Positions 47,442 to 54,584 of a stretch of 64,000 nt of DNA are shown here, piece by piece. Under the pieces are notes generated by a model. The model ran no database searches, was not told the DNA's origin, and saw only the letters and a list, made by a program, of their open reading frames with translations. The first letter of the stretch is position 1. Every line of letters begins with the position of its first letter. Source of the stretch: Candidatus Undinarchaeota archaeon (GTDB lineage: Archaea; SpSt-1190; JASMDC01); the NCBI GenBank assembly GCA_964519305.1, contig CAZFHY010000001.1, positions 64,001-128,000 of the forward strand. The letters run 5' to 3'. A program made the position numbers and the translations under genes.

Positions 47442-48258
47442 CGCATGCAACAACTCGTGCGTCATGTGCACTTCCATCATGCCGCCTCCTAAGGACGTGG
47501 ATCCCACCACCGAGCAGATCAAAGCCCATATCAATGGGCTCGATGAGCCGGACATCATCATCTTCACCGGCGGCGAACCGACCCTCCGCCCCGACCTCGA
47601 GGAACTCGTCCGATATGTACGCCAGCGGTTCCCGGACACTCCGTTCAGGCTCCTCACGAACGGTCGGATGTTCTCCTATCGTGACTACACAGAAAGGATG
47701 GTATCGGCTGGAGTCGATGACGTCGAAGTATCGCTCTGCGGACCCTCCGCCGAGGTGCACGATGCAGTGACCCGCGCACCAGGCTCTTTCATCCAGTCGC
47801 TCGAAGGCATCCGGAACCTCGTGTCGGCAGGAGTGCATACGAACGTGCGCTACGTGCTCCATGAGCTCACCTACAAGAGCGTGGTCGACGTCCCGGACCT
47901 TCTGGACAGGGAAGCGCCGGGCATAGGGCAGCTGGTCGTCATGTATATGGACATAATCGGTAACGCCCTGCGCCACCGGAAGCAGCTCATCGTCCCGTAC
48001 AGGGATGTCGCACCCTACGTGGAGCGCACCGCTGATGTCGCTGTCGAACGGGGGATATCACTGGCCTTGTACCATATACCGTCCTGTGTCATCGCCCCTG
48101 CCTACCGTCATCTCTCAGCGGGCGTCACCGTCATCGAGCGACGCATCACCTATCCACCCCAATGCGAGCGATGTACCGTCCGAAGCTCGTGCTGTGGTGT
48201 GTGGAAGACCTATACCAAGGACGTGGGCGTAGATGAGTTCGTCCCGGTCATCGAATGA
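47377..48258 (+). CDS. hxsC: Radical SAM maturase most similar to canonical HxsC (paralog 4; start uncertain)
   Basis: CNNSCVMCTSIMPP, TGGEPT, LLTNGRMFS, MYMDIIGNA, LYHIPSC, CERCTVRSSCCGVW. Confidence 0.8.
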   Translation: MNGWNGTISDGGRSIVDVGLGNACNNSCVMCTSIMPPPKDVDPTTEQIKAHINGLDEPDIIIFTGGEPTLRPDLEELVRYVRQRFPDTPFRLLTNGRMFSYRDYTERMVSAGVDDVEVSLCGPSAEVHDAVTRAPGSFIQSLEGIRNLVSAGVHTNVRYVLHELTYKSVVDVPDLLDREAPGIGQLVVMYMDIIGNALRHRKQLIVPYRDVAPYVERTADVAVERGISLALYHIPSCVIAPAYRHLSAGVTVIERRITYPPQCERCTVRSSCCGVWKTYTKDVGVDEFVPVIE

Positions 48259-48270
48259 TATGACCGCTGT

Positions 48271-50628
48271 CTAGAGGCCCTCATCACCGAATATGTCCGC
48301 ATCCTCTTCTTCCTTGTCGGATGAGGTCTCGTCAGCGGTTTCCTTCGTCCCCTCATCCCCCGCCCCGGGGGCTGCCGGGTAGCGGCCTGCCGACGGGTAG
48401 CGGCCCGCGTAGGCGTCCTTTGGACCGGCCTCTTTATCCCCTCGGTGGTAATGGGCCGGTCGCGCCATCTTGGCACGAGCGTAGTAGCCCGCTTCCTCCT
48501 CCGAGCTCTCGTCCTTGAAGTGGTCCACCAACTCGCTGATTAGTCCGGTGATCATCTCCTTCTTCTCACCGAACACGGTCACATAGATCACACCAAGCCC
48601 CAGGTCCATGCGCACCCAGATGCCCAGGAACTTCTTGGAGTAGGCGCCCATCCCCGAGTAGATCAGGTCCACGGATCGCTTCTCCTTGTTCACCAGCTGC
48701 TTGACCGTGTGGATGCCTGAGAACCGCTCCGCGATACGCTTGATCGCCTCCTTGGGAGGGATGGTGAGCTCGATGGTCTGCTGGTTCGACTCAAGCTCGG
48801 TGATCCTCTTCTTGAACGTTATGGTGTCCATCGGCACACCTACGAGGAACGGACACACGCTCCCCACGTTTATTGGATCGAACTCCTCCATCTTACGCTC
48901 TCCGCGGTTGTCATGGTAGACGACAGTACCACCGATCTTGGCGTTAACGCACCGGTGTGGGATGAGCAGGAAGATGGCCGACTGGAACTCATCCGGTTTG
49001 ATGGCCCCTAGAGAGATTAGCTTCGAGCCGTGCTCCACCTCGAAGGCCTCCGGTACGTCGAGGTTCACATCCACGTCGGTTATGGAGAAGGTGGAATGGT
49101 TATGTACCTTGATGCCGATCTTGATGTGGTTACCCTCACGTGTGACACCCCGCATGATATCGACCTCCTCGTGACCGATCACACGCTTCTTGGCGAACTG
49201 GAGGCCTAGGTAGATAATACCCATGAGACCGAATATGTCGATCCACTCAGTAACGGCATCGAGCATGTTCAGGTCGAGCTTCTCCTCCATGTTACCGATC
49301 TCCACCTCGGCAAGGTTCATGTCGCTCTGGGCCTTGCATTCCTTCATGATGGTCTCGATCTTCGTCATGGAGGCGTTGAACCGTAAGGCGTCGTCGTCAG
49401 TGACGCGGAACATCACTCGCCAGACACTGCTCTTGAGGTTCGTGTCGTACATCTGGAGAACGTTGTAATACCGGTCCTTCAGCTCGACCGGTACGGTGCA
49501 GTCCTCCGAGGAGATGAGCTTGCGAACGGCTTCCAGCTCGTCAGGATTGCTGGCCACCTCGGTGGAATTACCATAGAAGAGCCTGACGTTCTTGAGCACG
49601 GGTGTGCAGAACCCATCCGAGGAGAAGAGGGCCTTGTACTGTATCCAGCGGTCGCCGATGTGGAGGCTGTTCACCCCGGAGGGCGATATCGTGTAGTGGT
49701 CTGTATTCTTATCGGGACCGAGCCACGTCGCATCCTCCAGCTCTATCTCGGTACGCGCGCTCCGGGTCTGGAGATTGATCGTGCACGGTGAGGGCGTATC
49801 CTTATCCCACGAAATCGTGGTGTAGACCGCGTCGGGCATCCCAGTATCGAACGGAGGTGACAGGAGCGTTCCCTGATTGATCCGCTTCATCTGCTTTCCA
49901 CTTGCGATATGTAAGGTCTTCATATAGAGCTTCGCAGGTCGCTCACGGGTACCGGTAGTAGATATCCTGATCGAGTTGACCTGGCTGCCGCTTTGCGTCC
50001 CCCGCAGTGCGTCACCGTGGGAAAGGAGTCGGATACCATCGCGGTAGACATTGAAGCTGGCCGAGACACCGACGAACATGATTCGCCATGTATGGTAGTT
50101 CTCCGTATCGGTCTTGCCCTCCCACTGACGGAAGCGCCGGTCCTGATTGTCAACCATGTCGATACCACTTCCATGGAACACGAAGCATGGACCACGGACC
50201 ACGGCATGGACGCAGATCCTCAGACCGCCCTGTTCTTCCATCCTGAACGTGGTCTCCAGGGTCCAATCGCTCTTGTCGGGTATGGACTCTGACCTGACGA
50301 TCATCGGATTTACCTTATCATTGCCATCATAGATGAACAATGTACCAGGTGGATCGACATCGATCACGGCCTTGACGTCATGCTGGTTCCGCTCCCATCC
50401 ATCCAGTGAAGGCCAGTTCGTGGAAAAAATGTTCCAGAGGGGGGTTTCGAAGTCAAGACGCACGGAGCCGTCAGGACCGGGAGTTGTCACATTGGAACGC
50501 GTGGTCAACAGGAAGTCATCGAGTGTATCAGTGTTCCAGATCCTGCCGGAGGCCATGGTGAGGGCTAGGAATAGAACGAGCACGATCCATCGTGCAGGGA
50601 GCCTGCTCGGGAGAATTCCCTCTACCAC
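48271..50628 (-). CDS. Single-pass membrane protein: large extracellular region, TM, and a cytoplasmic Ig-like plus platform domain resembling an adaptin appendage
   Basis: Signal peptide; TM WIDIFGLMGIIYLGLQF; then IKIGIKVHNHSTFSITDV...LGAIKPDEFQSAIF...CPFLVGVPMDTITFKK...; acidic tail. Confidence 0.75.
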   Translation of the reverse strand: MVEGILPSRLPARWIVLVLFLALTMASGRIWNTDTLDDFLLTTRSNVTTPGPDGSVRLDFETPLWNIFSTNWPSLDGWERNQHDVKAVIDVDPPGTLFIYDGNDKVNPMIVRSESIPDKSDWTLETTFRMEEQGGLRICVHAVVRGPCFVFHGSGIDMVDNQDRRFRQWEGKTDTENYHTWRIMFVGVSASFNVYRDGIRLLSHGDALRGTQSGSQVNSIRISTTGTRERPAKLYMKTLHIASGKQMKRINQGTLLSPPFDTGMPDAVYTTISWDKDTPSPCTINLQTRSARTEIELEDATWLGPDKNTDHYTISPSGVNSLHIGDRWIQYKALFSSDGFCTPVLKNVRLFYGNSTEVASNPDELEAVRKLISSEDCTVPVELKDRYYNVLQMYDTNLKSSVWRVMFRVTDDDALRFNASMTKIETIMKECKAQSDMNLAEVEIGNMEEKLDLNMLDAVTEWIDIFGLMGIIYLGLQFAKKRVIGHEEVDIMRGVTREGNHIKIGIKVHNHSTFSITDVDVNLDVPEAFEVEHGSKLISLGAIKPDEFQSAIFLLIPHRCVNAKIGGTVVYHDNRGERKMEEFDPINVGSVCPFLVGVPMDTITFKKRITELESNQQTIELTIPPKEAIKRIAERFSGIHTVKQLVNKEKRSVDLIYSGMGAYSKKFLGIWVRMDLGLGVIYVTVFGEKKEMITGLISELVDHFKDESSEEEAGYYARAKMARPAHYHRGDKEAGPKDAYAGRYPSAGRYPAAPGAGDEGTKETADETSSDKEEEDADIFGDEGL

Positions 50629-50686
50629 GGAACCATCGTTCTCTGCGTAACAATTTATTCATTTGCCCGAGGTTCCCGGGTCCAGC

Positions 50687-52006
50687 TCACTTAACGACCT
50701 TCTCCACCAGCTCCCGGAGGGGGGGGCCTGTTCGCTGCTCAAGGTCGTACCGCACCCTGAGCGCGATCTTTCCCTTGATATCGACCAGCCGCCGCAGATC
50801 GATGGGAGTTCCGATGAGCACAAGATCGGCATCGGTCCCGTTAATGGTCGTTTCAAGCTCCTTGACCTGCTTATCTGAATAGCCCATGGCAGGTAGCACC
50901 GGGCCCAGGTGGTCGAAGTTCTTGAACACGGTCTTGATGGAACCTACTGCGGCGGAGCGGGGATCGACTATCTCACCGGCCCAGAGCCGGCGGGCGGCCA
51001 CCATGCCTGCGCCATATGGCATCTCGCCATGTGTGAGCGTCGGCCCGTCCTCGACCACGAGCACCCGTTTCCCCTTCACGCTATCGGGTTCCTCAACAGT
51101 TATCGGAGATGCTGCCTCGATGACCACGGCGTCAGGATTGGCCAATGCGACGTTGTCCACCACCTCATGAAGATGGTCAGGGCGGGCGGAATCCACCTTG
51201 TTGATGATTATCACGTCGGCCATCCGCAGGTTGGCCTCACCAGGATAGTACGCGACCTCGTGGCCGGGGCGGTGGGGATCGGCAATCACGATGAAGAGGT
51301 CCGGTTTGTAGAAGGGCAGGTCGTTGTTACCCCCGTCCCACACGATGACATCGGCCTCCTTCTCCGCCTCACGGAGGATGCGCTCATAGTCCACGCCCGC
51401 GTACACGATTGCGCCCATGTCGATATGCGGCTCGTACTCCTCTCGTTCCTCGATAGTGCACTTGTTCTTCTCGAGGTCCTCGTAAGTTGCGAATCTCTGG
51501 ACCGCTTGAGCGACGAGGTCACCGTACGGCATTGGATGCCGGATCACGACTACCTTCTTCCCAAGATCGCGCAGGATCTGGAGGATGTACCGGGCGGTCT
51601 GGCTCTTGCCGCAACCCGTGCGCACCGCACAGACCGCGATCATCGGTTTGTTGGATTTTATCATGGTGGTCTTTGCGCCCATGAGACGGAAATCCGCACC
51701 TGCTGCAAGGGTGATCGATGCCCGGGTCATTACATGCTTGTAGGAAAGGTCGCTGTATGCAAGAACGACCTGATCAATATCGTGCTTCCTGATGAGCTCG
51801 GGGAGTTCTTCCTCCTTTCGGATCGGGATCCCCTTCGGATAAAGGTCCCCGGACAGTTCGGGCGGGTACCTGCGTCCGGCGATGTTTGGGATCTGTGTGG
51901 CGGTGAACGTCACGACCTCATAGTCCTCATTATCGCGGAAGAATACGTTGAAATTGTGGAAGTCACGGCCTGCGGCTCCCATAATGATGACCTTTATCCG
52001 TCCCAT
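50687..52006 (-). CDS. Cyclic 2,3-diphosphoglycerate synthetase-like P-loop protein (COG2403-type)
   Basis: IMGAAGRDFHNFN, AVRTGCGKSQT, RHPMPYGDL, TIEEREEYE, WDGGNND, EDGPTLTHG. Confidence 0.85.
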   Translation of the reverse strand: MGRIKVIIMGAAGRDFHNFNVFFRDNEDYEVVTFTATQIPNIAGRRYPPELSGDLYPKGIPIRKEEELPELIRKHDIDQVVLAYSDLSYKHVMTRASITLAAGADFRLMGAKTTMIKSNKPMIAVCAVRTGCGKSQTARYILQILRDLGKKVVVIRHPMPYGDLVAQAVQRFATYEDLEKNKCTIEEREEYEPHIDMGAIVYAGVDYERILREAEKEADVIVWDGGNNDLPFYKPDLFIVIADPHRPGHEVAYYPGEANLRMADVIIINKVDSARPDHLHEVVDNVALANPDAVVIEAASPITVEEPDSVKGKRVLVVEDGPTLTHGEMPYGAGMVAARRLWAGEIVDPRSAAVGSIKTVFKNFDHLGPVLPAMGYSDKQVKELETTINGTDADLVLIGTPIDLRRLVDIKGKIALRVRYDLEQRTGPPLRELVEKVVK

Positions 52007-52059
52007 GGCGGCGCCCATAAGGCCAAGGTTTTAGAAGGTTGGCCATGCTACGTGCATAC

Positions 52060-52314
52060 ATGTCAATCAAGTGCCCGATCCTGAAGAAGGCAGTCAAGCC
52101 CTCCCTCTGCAAGGGACGGAGCATGGGCGAAAAGGCCGTCGAGGCTTACGCTGAGCTCAAGGTCAATATGGGTAAGCCCTGCAAGCATTGGGAGCAGAAG
52201 TGCGCCCACAAGGACCACGGCCCGACCACGAAGAAGGTAGCCAAGAAGCCCGCGAAGAAGGTCGCGAAGAAACCGGCCGCCAAGAAGAAGGCCTCCACAA
52301 AGAAGAAGGAGTAG
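52060..52314 (+). CDS. Small basic protein: Cys4 N-domain plus histone H1-like KKVAKKPA tail
   Basis: MSIKCPILKKAVKPSLCKG...PCKHWEQKC...KKVAKKPAKKVAKKPAAKKKASTKKKE. Confidence 0.7.
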   Translation: MSIKCPILKKAVKPSLCKGRSMGEKAVEAYAELKVNMGKPCKHWEQKCAHKDHGPTTKKVAKKPAKKVAKKPAAKKKASTKKKE

Positions 52315-52398
52315 GTCCGACATGGTCGTGGGGGCCGTGCATGGCGTCCTAATCCTCGTGCTAGCCCGCTGCCTCGACCTTTCCCTGAAGTCATCGGT

Positions 52399-53247
52399 AT
52401 GCCGGTGGGGACGTTCGTGAGCGGTCGCGATGCTATAGTCGTGCTTGTTCTGCTCGCTCTTCTCTACGGACGACCGGTGCCGATAAGTGAGGAGCTCCTT
52501 CCTTTCCTGGGCGTCATCGGAGGGCTCTATCTCATGATCCTCATCCTTTTCACAGCTCCCATGGCAGCGCTCGGACGGCTCACCCTCCCCACCAAAGCAC
52601 CATCTGCCCTCGATCTAGACGCGCTGGCCGAACGGGTGGAGGCACGTCGGGCAGAAAAACGCAGGAGCGCTATCATCCTCGACGAGCCGGTAGCGGACAT
52701 CCCGGCCCAGTTCGTCCAGGTCGCTCAAAGGTTCGTCAACGAAGGAGGGGACGGTCCTTTGGCCGCATCGGTCATCTCCGGGGCCGTAAGCACCTTGTTG
52801 CGTCCGAGCCCTCTACCGGGGCTCCGATTAGTGACCGGGGCAGGTGTGCTCGCTATGACCGCGCTCGCCTACACAGGAGATGGGCGGACAGGTGCGGCAG
52901 GGGCCACCGTGCTCATATTGGTCACTCTTTCTCTCCTTCCAGAGATACGGAAGGTCGTGATCATGGGCAAGGAGCGGGCTGTTGAGCAGGCATGGGGTGA
53001 GCCGTTCGGTACCGGCACACTTATCCGAAGGAGCGAGGTCGAGGGGATGCGCACGTCCCCCATGTGGGTGATGTACGGCGCTGCTCTGGACCTCATCTGG
53101 CTCGGATGCCTACAACAGAGCGAGGACCTGTGCGAGCACGGACGGACGACCATGAGCGAGGTGGAGGCATGCTACTCAAGTGTCGAGACGTCCAAGGAGC
53201 TGTGGGGGCGGAACGAGAGGAAGAAGCGGTTCGGGACGGCATACTAA
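52399..53247 (+). CDS. Hypothetical membrane protein
   Basis: Four hydrophobic segments; ends 1 nt before the next ATG. Confidence 0.6.
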   Translation: MPVGTFVSGRDAIVVLVLLALLYGRPVPISEELLPFLGVIGGLYLMILILFTAPMAALGRLTLPTKAPSALDLDALAERVEARRAEKRRSAIILDEPVADIPAQFVQVAQRFVNEGGDGPLAASVISGAVSTLLRPSPLPGLRLVTGAGVLAMTALAYTGDGRTGAAGATVLILVTLSLLPEIRKVVIMGKERAVEQAWGEPFGTGTLIRRSEVEGMRTSPMWVMYGAALDLIWLGCLQQSEDLCEHGRTTMSEVEACYSSVETSKELWGRNERKKRFGTAY

Positions 53248-53248
53248 G

Positions 53249-54580
53249 ATGAGCCTCGCGAGGACAGTACTCGTTCTCGGAGCAGGGATGGTGGCGCAGC
53301 CTCTCGTGCGATATATCCTGGACCTCACGGACGTACGTGTGATCGTTGCCGACCTGGACGTTGAGCGGGCCCGACGGCTCATCGCAGACCATCCCTGCGG
53401 TGAGGCGCGTTCCCTGGACGCGGACGACCTTGGGGCAATGGTCCCCCTCGTGCAGGACGCTGACATCGTGGTCAGCCTCCTCCCCCCCGCCCATCACCAG
53501 ATTATCGCAGAGCTATGTGTCGAGAACGGCAAGCACATGGTGTGCACCTCCTATGCTGATGATGCGCTCCGCGCGCTGGACGCCCCTGCCCGGGAAGCAG
53601 GAGTGCTCATACTAATGGAGCTCGGCCTCGATCCGGGTATCGACCATATGTCCGCCATGTCCATGATAGCCCGGGAACGGGATGCTGGCTTCAAGATCGT
53701 GGGATTCCGCTCGCTGTGTGGCGCCCTGCCCGCCCCGGCAGCAGCTGATAATCATTTCAGTTACAAGTTCTCCTGGAATCCGCGCGGTGTGCTCACAGCC
53801 TCAAAACGACCTGCACGCTACCTTGAGAACGGCCAGGAGGTGGTCATCTCGAGCGATGCCCTGTTCGAGCACTACCGGTTAATGGATGTCGAGGACACCG
53901 GTTCGTTCGAGGACTACCCCAACGGCGATTCGATTCGATATCGGGACATCTACGATCTCGGTGACGTACACACGCTCTACCGTGGGACTCTGCGGTACAA
54001 GGGGTGGTGCGATACCATGAACGCCATCGGCCGGTTGGGATGGCTGGACGAGACCGACCGGGAGTGGATTCCCGGAATGAGCTATGGGGACGTAACGGCC
54101 CAGCTCATCGGCGCTCCCGCGGGTGAGGACCTCATTCAACGGGTTGCCGAGCGTCTCGGGATCGCACCGACATCACCTGCTATCGAGCGTCTCACATGGC
54201 TGGGCATCCTCAGCGACGGGGCCGTACGCGAGGAGGCGACGACACCCCTCGACGCACTGTGCGCTCTCATGGTCGCGCGGCTCGCCTACGGAGAGAGAGA
54301 GCAGGATATGGTGGTCATGCGCCACGAGCTCGAGGTGGAGCGGGAAGGGGCATGTGAACGAGTGGTGGCAACGCTCGTACAATACGGTGACAGGGGCGGC
54401 GATACTGCCATCGCCAGGACCGTCGGACTCCCAGCAGCTATCGGCGTACGTCTGCTTATCGAGGGCCGAATTGATCTTACAGGAGTGCACGTCCCCGTCC
54501 ACCCGGAGGTGTACGTCCCGGTCCTGGCCGAGCTCGAAGGTCTGGGGATCAGGTTCACCGAGCATCGACAGGAGCTTTAA
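53249..54580 (+). CDS. Saccharopine dehydrogenase/reductase family
   Basis: VLVLGAGMV, VSLLP, ELGLDPGIDHMSA, SLCGALP, YKFSWNPRG, YPNGDS, RGTLRY, ARTVGLPAAI. Confidence 0.92.
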   Translation: MSLARTVLVLGAGMVAQPLVRYILDLTDVRVIVADLDVERARRLIADHPCGEARSLDADDLGAMVPLVQDADIVVSLLPPAHHQIIAELCVENGKHMVCTSYADDALRALDAPAREAGVLILMELGLDPGIDHMSAMSMIARERDAGFKIVGFRSLCGALPAPAAADNHFSYKFSWNPRGVLTASKRPARYLENGQEVVISSDALFEHYRLMDVEDTGSFEDYPNGDSIRYRDIYDLGDVHTLYRGTLRYKGWCDTMNAIGRLGWLDETDREWIPGMSYGDVTAQLIGAPAGEDLIQRVAERLGIAPTSPAIERLTWLGILSDGAVREEATTPLDALCALMVARLAYGEREQDMVVMRHELEVEREGACERVVATLVQYGDRGGDTAIARTVGLPAAIGVRLLIEGRIDLTGVHVPVHPEVYVPVLAELEGLGIRFTEHRQEL

Positions 54581-54584
54581 TGGC

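Noticed and set aside
50909-52084. Long antisense ORFs (e.g. 391 aa here, 309 aa at 995, 308 aa at 62026)
   Set aside because: These are shadow frames of well-supported genes in high-GC DNA, with no recognisable motifs.
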